From: Actinomycetota bacterium
GTDB taxonomy: Bacteria; Actinomycetota; UBA4738; HRBIN12
Direction: 5' to 3'
DNA length: 64,000 nucleotides
Assembly: GCA_035519495.1 (NCBI GenBank)
Contig: DATIWE010000050.1
Location: 33,150-97,149, forward strand
Part shown: in pieces, positions 37,949-47,117 of the stretch
Numbering within the stretch: position 1 is the stretch's first letter
How the letters are laid out: each line of letters starts with the position of its first letter
Made by a program: the position numbers and the translations under genes
The notes under the pieces: generated by a model
Seen by the model: only the letters and a program-made list of their open reading frames with translations
Database searches by the model: none
Told to the model about the DNA's origin: nothing

Positions 37949-39421
37949 CTACCAGCGCAGCTTGAGCTGACGCGCCGCCCGCGCTTCGTCCAAGCGCCGC
38001 ACCGGGGCGCTCAGCGGCGCGTCGTGCAGGGCCTGCGGGTCGGTCGTGGCTTCCGCGGCGGCCTGCCGCAACGCCGCCGCGAGCCCTTCGAGGGTCTCGC
38101 GCGTCTCGGTCTCCGTGGGCTCGACCATGAGCGCCTCCTCCACCACGAGCGGGAAGTAGACCGTCGGCGCGTGGTACCCGAGATCGATGAGCCGCTTCGC
38201 GATATCCATCACGCGGATCCCCGTGCGGTCCTTGAGCTCCACGGATGTCGAGACGAACTCGTGCATCGGTCGCAGGTCCGGCTGCGCCAGCGGGAAGACG
38301 TCGCGCACGAGGGCCGCGAGGTAGTTCGCGTTCAGCACGGCGCGCTCACTGACCTCGCGGAGGCCGTCGGCGCCATGAAGGAACACGTACGCATACGCCC
38401 GCACGAGCACCGCGAAGTTGCCGTTGAAGCCGTGCATCCGCCCGATCGACGCCGGCGCCTCCTCCGAGAGATGGAACGCGCCGTCCCGGTCGCGTTCGAC
38501 GCGCGGCACCGGAAGGAACGGCACGAGCCGTTCGACCACCCCGACCGGTCCGGCCCCCGGCCCTCCCCCGCCGTGCGGCGTGGCGAACGTCTTGTGGGTG
38601 TTGATGTGGACGATGTCGAAGCCCATGTCGCCGGGTCGCGTCCGGCCCATGATCGCGTTGAGGTTGGCTCCGTCGTAGTAGACGAGTCCGCCGGCGTCGT
38701 GGACGAGCTTCGTGATCCGCTCGATGTCCCGTTCGAACAGACCGAGCGTGTTCGGGTTCGTGAGCATGAGACCGGCGACGTCGTCGTCGATCGCCCGGCC
38801 GAGCGCCTCGACGTCGACGAGCCCGCGGTCGTCCGCCGGTACATGGACCGCGTCGAAGCCGCCCATCCGCACGCTCGCGGGGTTCGTCCCATGGGCGGCA
38901 TCGGGGATCAGCACCTTCGCGCGGGGTGCTCCCTGGGCCGCATGGAACGCCCGCATCATCAGCAGCCCGGTGAGCTCGCCGCAGGCACCGGCGGGCGGCT
39001 GGAGGGTGGCGCGCGCCATCCCCGTGAGCTCGCACAGCGCGCGCTCGAGGCGCCACAGGAGCTCGAGCGCGCCCTGGGTCGTGGCGTCGGGCTGGAGCGG
39101 GTGCATCCGGGCGAAGCCGGGCATCGCAGCGGCCACCTCGGCGAGCTTCGGGTTGTACTTCATCGAGCAGGACCCCAGGGGATAGATGCCCGTGTCGACG
39201 CCGTAGTTCATCTGCGACAGGCGGGTGTAGTGGCGCACCAGCTCGAGCTCGGAGACCTCCGGCAACCCGGGCGCGGAGGCTCTGCGGTGCTCGGCCGGGA
39301 CCTCGACGGGCTCCACGTCGAGCGGGGCGAAGCTCCACGCCCGGCGGCCCGGCCGGGAGAGCTCGGCGATCGTGCTCGCCGCGGGCGGGCCTTGACCGCG
39401 CACCGGCGCGCCGCGCCTCAC
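37949..39421 (-). CDS. gcvPB: glycine dehydrogenase (decarboxylating) subunit 2
   Basis: GTG 39421 in a GTGA overlap with gcvPA. YPLGSCSMKYNP, the PLP-Lys context HINTHKTF, and conserved GcvPB blocks. Confidence 0.9.
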   Translation of the reverse strand: MRRGAPVRGQGPPAASTIAELSRPGRRAWSFAPLDVEPVEVPAEHRRASAPGLPEVSELELVRHYTRLSQMNYGVDTGIYPLGSCSMKYNPKLAEVAAAMPGFARMHPLQPDATTQGALELLWRLERALCELTGMARATLQPPAGACGELTGLLMMRAFHAAQGAPRAKVLIPDAAHGTNPASVRMGGFDAVHVPADDRGLVDVEALGRAIDDDVAGLMLTNPNTLGLFERDIERITKLVHDAGGLVYYDGANLNAIMGRTRPGDMGFDIVHINTHKTFATPHGGGGPGAGPVGVVERLVPFLPVPRVERDRDGAFHLSEEAPASIGRMHGFNGNFAVLVRAYAYVFLHGADGLREVSERAVLNANYLAALVRDVFPLAQPDLRPMHEFVSTSVELKDRTGIRVMDIAKRLIDLGYHAPTVYFPLVVEEALMVEPTETETRETLEGLAAALRQAAAEATTDPQALHDAPLSAPVRRLDEARAARQLKLRW

Positions 39422-40743
39422 GCGAGCACCTCCCCCATCGCAAGGGCGAGCGCGTCGATCTGGGCCTTCGTGCGGCGCTCCGTCACCGCAACCAGCAGGA
39501 CGTCGGATCCCACCCACGGCGCCGGCACGCCGGCGAGGAAGCCACGATCCACGAGCGCGTCACGAACCTCGGCCGCTTCGCCGGGAACCCGGATCGCGAA
39601 CTCCTTGAAGAACGGCGCGTCCGGGAACGCGGCCCGCACGCCCGGCACGGCCGTGAGGGCGGTGAACGCGTACGCGGCCTTCGCGGCGCATCGGCGGCCG
39701 AGCTCGGCGAGGCCCTCGGGCCCGAGCCACGCAAGGTGGATCGTGGCGGCGATCGCCATCAAGGTCTGGTTCGTGCAGATGTTCGAGGTCGCCTTCTCAC
39801 GACGGATGTGCTGCTCGCGAGCCTGCAGCGTCAGGACGTAGCCGGGGTCGCCATCCACATCGAGGGTCTCCCCCACGATGCGCCCCGGCATCTTGCGGAC
39901 GTGCTCCATGCGGGCGGCGAGGATCCCCAGATAGGGCCCGCCGAAGTTCAAGTGGTTGCCCAGCGATTGGCCTTCCGCGACGGCGATATCCGCGCCGAGG
40001 GCGCCCGGCGGCGCCAGGACGCCGAGGGAGGTCGGGTCGAAGACCTGGATCAGCTCCGCCCCACCCCCATGGGCGAGCTCGGCGAACGAGGTCACGTCCT
40101 CGAGGATGCCGAACACGTTGGGGTGCTGGACCACGACGGCCGCGACGTCGGGCTCCAGCTCCGCAGGCACGCCGCCCCAACCGGCGGGCGCCTCCAGGAC
40201 CTCGGGCGCGTACCCGCTCCCCGCACCGTAGGTCCGGAGCGTCGCCACGAGCCTCGGGTCGACCCCGCCGGCCACGAGGACGCGATGCCTGCCCCCCGCC
40301 CTCGCCATGTGCACGGCCTCGACGAGGGCCGTGGCGCCGTCGTAGAGCGAGGCGTTCGACACGTCGAGCTCGGTCAGCTCGCACACCATCGACTGGAACT
40401 CGAAGAGGGTCTGGAGCACCCCCTGGGAGAGCTCGGGCTGGTAGGGCGTGTACGAGGTGAAGAACTCCGACCGACCCGCGAGGGCCCATACGGCGCTCGG
40501 CACGAAGTGGTCGTACGCGCCCGCCCCGGCGAAGCACACGAGGTCCTCGAGCGATCGGTCGGCGCGAGCCAGGTTGCCGAGGTCCTCGAGGATCTCCTGC
40601 TCTGAAACGCCGCCAGGGAGGTCCAGCGGACCCTCGACCCGCAGCGCCGCCGGGATCTCGTCGAAGAGGTCGTCCAACGACGCGACGCCGATCGTGGCGA
40701 GCATCTGCCTGACGTCGTCGTCGGTGTGCGGAGCGAACCTCAC
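39418..40743 (-). CDS. gcvPA: glycine dehydrogenase (decarboxylating) subunit 1
   Basis: FAGAGAYDHFVP, YTPYQPELSQG, TREQHIRREKATSNICTNQ are hallmark GcvPA blocks. Confidence 0.9.
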   Translation of the reverse strand: MRFAPHTDDDVRQMLATIGVASLDDLFDEIPAALRVEGPLDLPGGVSEQEILEDLGNLARADRSLEDLVCFAGAGAYDHFVPSAVWALAGRSEFFTSYTPYQPELSQGVLQTLFEFQSMVCELTELDVSNASLYDGATALVEAVHMARAGGRHRVLVAGGVDPRLVATLRTYGAGSGYAPEVLEAPAGWGGVPAELEPDVAAVVVQHPNVFGILEDVTSFAELAHGGGAELIQVFDPTSLGVLAPPGALGADIAVAEGQSLGNHLNFGGPYLGILAARMEHVRKMPGRIVGETLDVDGDPGYVLTLQAREQHIRREKATSNICTNQTLMAIAATIHLAWLGPEGLAELGRRCAAKAAYAFTALTAVPGVRAAFPDAPFFKEFAIRVPGEAAEVRDALVDRGFLAGVPAPWVGSDVLLVAVTERRTKAQIDALALAMGEVLA

Positions 40744-40771
40744 GGCTCAGGATTGTACGGGTCGCACCGTG

Positions 40772-41131
40772 TCAGCCCGACGTGTCTTCGAGGCCGTATT
40801 TCGTGACGAGGGACAGGTAGTCCCGCTGGTAGAAGACCTTGCAACGGATCTCCGGGTACCGCTCGCGGAGACGGCGGACCTTCCGGTTCTTCTTCGTCAC
40901 GAGCTTCTGGTTCAGCGTGGTGATCTCGATGTAGAGATCGAACTCCCGGAGGAAGAAGTCGGGCGTGAACCGTTGGACGACGTTGCCGTCCCGGTCCCAC
41001 GCGATGTCGAACGAGGTGGGCTCGTAGTCCCAGTCGATCTGATAGAAGTCCAGCAGCCGAGCGAACTGGCGCTCGGACGCGTGCGCGAAACGGACGGTGT
41101 CGCTCTTGAGCAGCGTGGCGCTCGAGCTCAC
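40772..41131 (-). CDS. conserved-looking hypothetical protein, possible PD-(D/E)xK nuclease-like fold
   Basis: 119 aa. GTGA overlap with the upstream MerR gene and 28 nt upstream of gcvPA. The segment TPDFFL..DLYIEITT..QK resembles a D...E.(K) nuclease core, but this is a weak call. Confidence 0.55.
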   Translation of the reverse strand: MSSSATLLKSDTVRFAHASERQFARLLDFYQIDWDYEPTSFDIAWDRDGNVVQRFTPDFFLREFDLYIEITTLNQKLVTKKNRKVRRLRERYPEIRCKVFYQRDYLSLVTKYGLEDTSG

Positions 41132-41577
41132 GTCCCTCCTGCCGCGGCCCGTCGCTTCCCGGTCCCCCGCGCCGACTTCGTCAGATCCCGTTCGACGTCC
41201 TCCCAGACCCGATCCACCGCGATCGCGAACACGCCCTGCCCCTGGCGGACCAGGTCGACGAGCTCCTGCGGCGAATGGGCCTCGTAGACACCCTTGCCGT
41301 CGGACATCAACGTGACGCCGGCGACCGGCCGATCCATCGACTCGAGGTGCTCCACGGCCTTGCGCACCCGCTGTAAGGAGACCCCCGTATCCAGAAGGTT
41401 CTTGATAACGCGTAGAGTGACGAGATCCTGGAACGAGTACAGCCGCTGCGTGCCGCTCCCCGAGGCATCACGGACGGATGGGGTTACGAGTTCCGTTCTG
41501 GCCCAATAATCGAGCTGCCGGTACGTGATACCCACGATCCTGCAGACCTCAGGAACCCGATACCCCACCTGATCCAT
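41128..41577 (-). CDS. MerR-family transcriptional regulator
   Basis: ATG 41577 after GGAGACAGGC. YRVPEVCRIVGITYRQLDYWART HTH. Resembles the MerR regulator near gcvB in mycobacteria. The ORF extends to 41658, but that N-terminus is unlikely. Confidence 0.8.
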   Translation of the reverse strand: MDQVGYRVPEVCRIVGITYRQLDYWARTELVTPSVRDASGSGTQRLYSFQDLVTLRVIKNLLDTGVSLQRVRKAVEHLESMDRPVAGVTLMSDGKGVYEAHSPQELVDLVRQGQGVFAIAVDRVWEDVERDLTKSARGTGKRRAAAGGT

Positions 41578-41599
41578 GCCTGTCTCCGTTCGGAGGGAA

Positions 41600-41621
41600 G
41601 GAATCACGACGATGTGATTCC
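41600..41621. promoter_or_regulatory. inverted repeat GGAATCAC-N6-GTGATTCC (candidate MerR operator)
   Basis: Perfect 8-bp arms, 23-44 nt upstream of the preferred MerR start codon. Confidence 0.35.
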
Positions 41622-41777
41622 GCAGCGTACGGGGGTTCTCGGGGCTCGTCAAGGCCACGGGAGAGCCGAGGATCGATCTGGATCGGCCCGGGGGGTCAAG
41701 GTGGCCACCGGGTAGGCCGATGAGGTAGTAGTTATCTCGTGCTAACCGAAGGCGCGGGCCGGAGGTGCGACGGACCG

Positions 41778-42257
41778 ATGCGAACGAGGCTGGCGAAGAT
41801 CCTCTGTGTGGGGGTCCTGATCGGGCTCCTCATGGGGGCCGGTACGGCGGTCGCCGAGACCGGGACCACCACGAACCACGTGACGACCGGAAGGCTCCAC
41901 GCGCGCGACCTGATGCAGCGCGCCACGAACCGGAGCCGCGTGACCCACGGGGTCCATCGTGTGTCCCTGAACGCGAGGCTCTCCGCGCTTGCGCTGCGGC
42001 ATTCGGTCGCGATGGCCAACGCGGACGAGCTCTTCCACACGGGGGATCCGGCCGCCTATTACCTGCACGGGATCAAGTGGCACATCTGGGGCGAGAACGT
42101 GGGCGTGACCGGCGGCAACGTACCGCAGCTGGAGTCGGCCTTCATGGCCTCGACGCCGCACCGCGAGAACATCCTTCGCCCATCCTTCTATCACAGCGCC
42201 ATCGGCGCCGTTCGCATGAACGGGAAGCTCTGGGTGACGGTCTTCTTCTACGGCTGA
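41778..42257 (+). CDS. secreted CAP/SCP/PR-1-like domain protein
   Basis: MRTRLAKILCVGVLIGLLMGAGTAVA signal. RHSVAMANADELFH, GENVG, HRENIL motifs typical of bacterial CAP (YkwD-like) domains. The ORF opens at 41739. Confidence 0.7.
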   Translation: MRTRLAKILCVGVLIGLLMGAGTAVAETGTTTNHVTTGRLHARDLMQRATNRSRVTHGVHRVSLNARLSALALRHSVAMANADELFHTGDPAAYYLHGIKWHIWGENVGVTGGNVPQLESAFMASTPHRENILRPSFYHSAIGAVRMNGKLWVTVFFYG

Positions 42258-42299
42258 GCGTGGATCCGGGGCCGAGCCCGGTCGATGGCCGTCGATCGC

Positions 42300-42773
42300 T
42301 CAGGTCGCGAAGTCGTCCGGGCTGACGTTGTCGAGGAACTCCCGGAACTTCTCGACCTCTTCATCCTCGTCGCCGGGGATCAGGATCGAGGCCTCCTCGA
42401 GCACCCCTTCGTCGGCGAAGATCGGCACCGACATCCGAACCGCCAGCGCGATCGCATCCGAGGGCCGGGAGGAGATCTCGAGCGCGTCGGTGCCCTGTTG
42501 CAACTGGATCGTCGCGTAGAACGTGCTCTCGCGCAGCTCCGTGACGACGATCCGCTGCACCTGTACGGCGAGGTCGTCCAGGATGTTCTTCAGCAGGTCG
42601 TGCGTCATCGGCCTGGGCGTCGCGACCCCTTGCAACGAAAGCGCGATCGCCGCGGCCTCGGCAGCGCCGATCCAGATGGGGAGGTAACGCTCACCGCCGC
42701 GTTCCCGCAGCAGGACGATGGGTTGGTTCGTGGGCAGCTCGACGCGAACGCCGGTGAGCTCCATCTCGATCAT
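42300..42773 (-). CDS. bifunctional nuclease family protein (DUF151)
   Basis: VLLRERGGERYLPIWIGAAEAAAIA...RPMTHDLL...TFYA blocks typical of DUF151. Syntenic with the MerR/FHA/gcv genes, as Rv1829 is. Confidence 0.8.
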   Translation of the reverse strand: MIEMELTGVRVELPTNQPIVLLRERGGERYLPIWIGAAEAAAIALSLQGVATPRPMTHDLLKNILDDLAVQVQRIVVTELRESTFYATIQLQQGTDALEISSRPSDAIALAVRMSVPIFADEGVLEEASILIPGDEDEEVEKFREFLDNVSPDDFAT

Positions 42774-42815
42774 CGTCGCAGCCAGGGTAACGACGGCCCT
42801 GAGATGGGGCAACCC

Positions 42816-43397
42816 TCACGCAGCTGCGCGCGTCAGGAGGTGCACCAGCGCATCGGGATCGAGCCGGAGGGCGGCGAGGTCGTGGACCTGCAGGATGTCG
42901 GCCAGGTTCCGGTACCGCTCGGCGTGATCGAGCCCGTAGCCCACGACGAAGGCATCGGGACAATCGAACCCCACGTAGCGGGGCGCGAGCGGCACGATCC
43001 GGCGCGCCGCTTTGTCGAGCAAGGTGCAGAGCTCGAGGGAAGCGGGGGCACGCGCGCGGAGCACGGACAGGAGGTACCGGGACGTCAGGCCGGTGTCGAC
43101 GATGTCCTCCACGAGGATCACGTCACGACCGGCCAGATCGGTCTGCACGTCCAGGAGGATCTGCACGCGGCCGAGCGACTCCTCGGCGCCGGCGTACCTG
43201 CTGATGGCCATGAAGTGGGTCTCGACGGGGAGGTCCAGCTCGCGGATCAGGTCCGCGAGGAACATCGCGCCGCCCTTCAGGACCGAGACGAGCACGGGCT
43301 CCCGCCCGATGTAGTCCCCGGTGATCGTGCGGCCGAGCTCCTCCACCCGGCGGCGGACGTCCTCGCGTCCGTACAGGACGCTCGCGACCTCCATCAT
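42816..43397 (-). CDS. hpt: hypoxanthine-guanine phosphoribosyltransferase
   Basis: VSVLKGGAMFLADL and the PRPP motif VILVEDIVDTGLT. Confidence 0.9.
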   Translation of the reverse strand: MMEVASVLYGREDVRRRVEELGRTITGDYIGREPVLVSVLKGGAMFLADLIRELDLPVETHFMAISRYAGAEESLGRVQILLDVQTDLAGRDVILVEDIVDTGLTSRYLLSVLRARAPASLELCTLLDKAARRIVPLAPRYVGFDCPDAFVVGYGLDHAERYRNLADILQVHDLAALRLDPDALVHLLTRAAA

Positions 43398-43444
43398 GCC
43401 GCGAGCAGGCTACCAGGGCTCCCGCCGCGATCCGGGAGGCGCCC

Positions 43445-44716
43445 TCAGGAGCCGGCGATCGCCTCGATGGCGCCCACGACCGCCCGGCCGATCGACCGGG
43501 GGGCCCGGATCCACCAGGCTCCGCCGACCGGTGGCGGCGGCGGCACGGTCGAGACCACGAGAGGCACGCCCCCGAGCGGCAGCCCCGCCGCGGAGAAGAC
43601 GACGGCGCCCACCCGCTGGCCGCGCGACGGGGGGAACGCGACGGTCGGATCGACCACGGTCCGCGCCGTGACGCCGCCGCCCGCGACCGGCACGAGCGCC
43701 GTGAGCGTCGCGCCGGCGACGACGGAGGCCGCTCCCCCGCGCATCGCCACCATCCCTCGATCGTCGCCCGCCGCGACGATCGTCCGCGGGGTGAACCCCG
43801 CGAAGCCGTAGTCGAGGAGCGAAGCCGCGTCGGAGAAGGGCTCGTGCGGCGCTCCCAGGACGATCGCGACCAACCGACGCCCGTCGCGCTGCGCCGACGC
43901 GACGAGGCACGCGCCCGCGCCGCTCGTGGTGCCGGTCTTCGTCCCGAACGAGCCCGGATACAGCCACAGCAGGGCGTTGCGGTTCTGGATCCTGCGGGCG
44001 GGGCCGCGGGGCGGCGGGATCGAGTGCTGGCGCGTCGCCGTGATCCGGTCGAAGCCGGCCGTGCGGTCGGCCGCACGCACCAACCGGAGGAGATCCGCCG
44101 CGGTCGAGTGGCCGCGATCGTCCAGGCCGTGGACCGACCGGAAGCGCGTGTGCCGCATGCCGAGCGCGTGCGCCCGCGCGTTCATCTGGCCCACGAACGC
44201 GGTCTCGCTGCCGGCCTCCGCGATCGCGAGGGCAGACGCGGCGTCGTTCGCCGAGCCGAGCAGGAGCCCGTAGAGGAGGTCCTGCACGGTGATCCGCTCA
44301 CCGGCGTGCAGGCCGAGGGTCGAGTCCGCTCCGAAGTCGTGCCGGTGGAACACCGCCCGAGGATCGACCACGACGACATGGGCCGGATCCATCCGCTCCA
44401 GGATCAGGAGCGCGGTCATGATCTTCGTGATGCTGGCGATCGGCCGAGGGTCGTTCACGTGGAGCGCGTCGAGGATCTGCCCGGTGTCGAGGTCGGCCAG
44501 GAGCGCGGCCCGGGCGCTCAGCTCCGGCGCGACGGTCGCGTCCGACGGAGTCGAGAGCTCGCTGGGGAACGGTGAGAGGCTGCCGTGCGGCGGCACGGGC
44601 GTGGGCGGCGGCCCCGCCGCTCCCGTCGCGATGCCGGAGACGAGCGCGATGGGCGCCAGCACGGCAGCGACCACGATCGCCGCGGCCAGCGCCCGAGCCC
44701 GGACGAGCGGGCTCAC
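43445..44716 (-). CDS. D-alanyl-D-alanine carboxypeptidase (S11 penicillin-binding protein)
   Basis: Signal/TM at the N-terminus. SITK (SxxK), SAND (SxN), KTGTT (KTG) motifs. Confidence 0.85.
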   Translation of the reverse strand: MSPLVRARALAAAIVVAAVLAPIALVSGIATGAAGPPPTPVPPHGSLSPFPSELSTPSDATVAPELSARAALLADLDTGQILDALHVNDPRPIASITKIMTALLILERMDPAHVVVVDPRAVFHRHDFGADSTLGLHAGERITVQDLLYGLLLGSANDAASALAIAEAGSETAFVGQMNARAHALGMRHTRFRSVHGLDDRGHSTAADLLRLVRAADRTAGFDRITATRQHSIPPPRGPARRIQNRNALLWLYPGSFGTKTGTTSGAGACLVASAQRDGRRLVAIVLGAPHEPFSDAASLLDYGFAGFTPRTIVAAGDDRGMVAMRGGAASVVAGATLTALVPVAGGGVTARTVVDPTVAFPPSRGQRVGAVVFSAAGLPLGGVPLVVSTVPPPPPVGGAWWIRAPRSIGRAVVGAIEAIAGS

Positions 44717-45438
44717 GCGGAGGACAGGTGGTCCCGCAGCGCGTTCCGCAACAGCGCTTGCTTGAACTTCCGCGATGTGACGCTCAGCTCGGACAACGTC
44801 TGCGTCGCCGCCTTGCGCGCCTCGGGGTTCCGCTGCCGGAGCGTCGGCGCCACCAATGCCTCGAACAGATCCGCCTCGCGGACCGCGAAATGCTTGTACA
44901 TCGTGAGGTGCCTCGGCTCGATCCCGTGATGCAGGAAGTCCTTCACGATCGATAGGACGATGTAGTCATCGCCGTCGTAGTAACGCGACCCCTCCGGCCC
45001 ATGCGTGCAGACGATGGCGAACGATTCGAGCTCCTTGATCCGCTCTCGGTCGACCCCGGTTGCCGCCGACATCTCCTCGAGCGACATCTGGAGCCCGGTC
45101 GGCGCCTCGGCCAGTTCCTCACCGGACGCCTCGTCGGCCACCGGTTCGTCGAGCTCCCCACCCTCCTCCTGTCCGGCGTCCGCGCGAGCGAGGCGTTCCT
45201 TGATCACCTTCAGCGGGAGGTACTCGTCGCGCTGCATCTGCAGGATCGACTTCAGGCGGTCGACGTCGTCGACGTAGAACTTCCGGTATCCCGACGGCGT
45301 GCGTTCCGGCGTGATCAGGCCCTCGGATTCGAGGAACCGGATCTTCGAGATCGTGATGTCCGGGAACTCGGTCTTCACAGCCACGAGGACCTCGCCGATC
45401 GATTGGTAGTTGCGCGTGCCTGCCATCTGCCGCCTCAC
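44713..45438 (-). CDS. MerR-family transcriptional regulator (Rv1828-like, long C-terminal domain)
   Basis: YQSIGEVLVAVKTEFPDITISKIRFLESEGLITPERTPSGYRKF HTH. Overlaps the upstream FHA gene stop. Confidence 0.85.
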   Translation of the reverse strand: MRRQMAGTRNYQSIGEVLVAVKTEFPDITISKIRFLESEGLITPERTPSGYRKFYVDDVDRLKSILQMQRDEYLPLKVIKERLARADAGQEEGGELDEPVADEASGEELAEAPTGLQMSLEEMSAATGVDRERIKELESFAIVCTHGPEGSRYYDGDDYIVLSIVKDFLHHGIEPRHLTMYKHFAVREADLFEALVAPTLRQRNPEARKAATQTLSELSVTSRKFKQALLRNALRDHLSSA

Positions 45439-45896
45439 TCCCCCGCCGCGAAGAACGTCAACTTGAACCTGCCGATCTGCACCTCGTCGCCGGTCGCAAG
45501 CGTCGTCTCGTCGACCTGCTCACCGTTCACGTACGTCCCGTTCAAGCTGCCGACGTCGCGCACGAACCACGCCTCGTGCTCGCGACGCTCAAGCACGGCG
45601 TGCGCGCGTGAGACGGTGACGTCGTCGAGGAACACCCCACTGTCAGGGCTTCGGCCGACCGTGGTGCTCTCGGCCTGCACCAGGAACGTCGAGCCCGCGT
45701 TCGGACCACGCTTGACCAGAAGGAGAGCTTGTCCGGGCTCGAGTTCATCGCGTGGGAACGGGAACTCATCGTGCGCCTCTTCTTCACCGTCGATCGCCGG
45801 AAGGCTGAGCGTGACATCGCCGTGAAGCGGATGTCCGCACTCCGCGCAGAACCGCGCATCGTCCTTGTTGGGATGTCCACAACGGGTGCAGAACAC
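45435..45896 (-). CDS. garA: GarA/OdhI-like FHA-domain protein with N-terminal zinc ribbon
   Basis: FHA core LLLVKRGPNAGSTFL, GRSPDSGVFLDDVTVSRAHA, DVGSLNGTYVNGE, GDEVQIGRFKL is near-identical in pattern to GarA. The N-terminus is CTRCGHPNKDDARFCAECGHP. Confidence 0.85.
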   Translation of the reverse strand: MFCTRCGHPNKDDARFCAECGHPLHGDVTLSLPAIDGEEEAHDEFPFPRDELEPGQALLLVKRGPNAGSTFLVQAESTTVGRSPDSGVFLDDVTVSRAHAVLERREHEAWFVRDVGSLNGTYVNGEQVDETTLATGDEVQIGRFKLTFFAAGE

Positions 45897-46030
45897 CGTG
45901 AAGAGCTCCTTCGGTCCTGGGTCGAGTTGAGGGTCGGATGAGCGACGAACCCTCGACCCTCGACGCCTCGTGGACGCTATCGTACGGGTTCCGGAGGGTC
46001 AACGACGGGGCGACCGCAGCCTCAACCTCG

Positions 46031-46053
46031 GAGGATCCTCACCCTGGATCCTC
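46031..46053 (-). terminator. candidate terminator hairpin after gcvH
   Basis: Perfect 8-bp arms GAGGATCC / GGATCCTC with a 7-nt loop, 12 nt downstream of the gcvH stop on the minus strand. Confidence 0.45.
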
Positions 46054-46064
46054 GCTCAATGCGT

Positions 46065-46466
46065 CTACGAAGGCTCAACAAGGGTGCGGTAGTGGCGGGC
46101 GTCCATCAGGTCGTCCAGCGACGCCGCGTCGACGACCTCGATCACGACGAGCCAGCCGTCCCCGTACGGCTGTTCGTTCACGAGCTCGGGCCGGTCGTCG
46201 ACGAGTGGGTTGCGCTCGACGATCGTGCCGGTCACCGGGCTGAACACATCGGAGACGGACTTCGTGGATTCGACCTCACCGAGCGGCTCGTTCGCGCGGA
46301 CCTGCGCGCCGACGTCCGGAAGGTCGACGTAGACCACATCCCCGAGCGCATCCTGCGCGAAGTCCGTGATCCCGACGCGGATCCGCGCTCCCTCCGCCCG
46401 TGCCCATTCGTGTTCCTTCGTGTATCGGAGATCCTCGGGGAACTCCACCGTCGTCGCCCTCCTCAC
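46065..46466 (-). CDS. gcvH: glycine cleavage system H protein
   Basis: YTKEHEW, GITDFAQDALGDVVYVDLP, and the lipoyl-Lys context EVESTKSVSDV. Confidence 0.95.
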   Translation of the reverse strand: MRRATTVEFPEDLRYTKEHEWARAEGARIRVGITDFAQDALGDVVYVDLPDVGAQVRANEPLGEVESTKSVSDVFSPVTGTIVERNPLVDDRPELVNEQPYGDGWLVVIEVVDAASLDDLMDARHYRTLVEPS

Positions 46467-46472
46467 CTCGGC

Positions 46473-47114
46473 TCACCCGGGCCGGCGTGCGCCGGCGTCG
46501 CCGGAGCCACGATAGCTCGGCGGTTCGGTTCGCGCGGCGGCGAGCGCGCTCCGAAGGTCGCCGAGGTACACGAACGCGGCCACGTAGTACTCGATGATGC
46601 CGAGGGCGAAGGCGGCCCAGCCGACCACGAGCGCCGCGTCCCCGAGCGGGAGTTCGAGCGTGCCCCAGGACACCGCCGGGATCGCGATCATCAGGGAGAA
46701 CGTGGCGATCTTGCCGATCCACCGCACGTCGAGCCGGACGTGCGCGCGCCGGAGCGCGACGATGCCGACCACCAGCACCGCCGCGTCACGAGCCAGGATC
46801 AGGACCGCCGCCCACAGCGGGAACGCGCCACGGATCACGAGCGCCACGAGGCCCGCGGCGATCGCCAGACGGTCGGCCACCGGATCGAGGACCTTCCCCA
46901 GCTCGGTGACCTGTCCCGTTCGGCGGGCCACGAAGCCGTCGACCCAGTCGGTCGCCATCACCACGCCGAAGAGCACGATGCCGGCGGTCGTCGTATCGGG
47001 ATCGACGATCAGCGCGACGAAGACCGGGATGAGACAGATGCGCAGGAACGACAGGAGGTTCGGGACCGTCAGCACGCGCCGAGAGGCCGACGCGGTATCC
47101 TCGCTCCCGTCCAT
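46473..47114 (-). CDS. pgsA: CDP-alcohol phosphatidyltransferase (PgsA-like)
   Basis: DWVDGFVARRTGQVTELGKVLDPVADRL matches the D-x2-DG-x2-AR...G-x3-D-x3-D signature. Multi-TM. Confidence 0.8.
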   Translation of the reverse strand: MDGSEDTASASRRVLTVPNLLSFLRICLIPVFVALIVDPDTTTAGIVLFGVVMATDWVDGFVARRTGQVTELGKVLDPVADRLAIAAGLVALVIRGAFPLWAAVLILARDAAVLVVGIVALRRAHVRLDVRWIGKIATFSLMIAIPAVSWGTLELPLGDAALVVGWAAFALGIIEYYVAAFVYLGDLRSALAAARTEPPSYRGSGDAGARRPG

Positions 47115-47117
47115 CGG

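Noticed and set aside
40744-41777. Glycine riboswitch upstream of gcvPA, or in the 200-nt gap upstream of the MerR gene (a GGGAGAG...CACCGGG stretch at about 41665-41715).
   Set aside because: Only 28 nt separate gcvPA from the preceding ORF. The GGGAGAG/CACCG-like stretch is on the plus strand, facing the CAP-domain gene, and I could not fold the tandem aptamer architecture by eye. An Infernal scan is needed to be sure.
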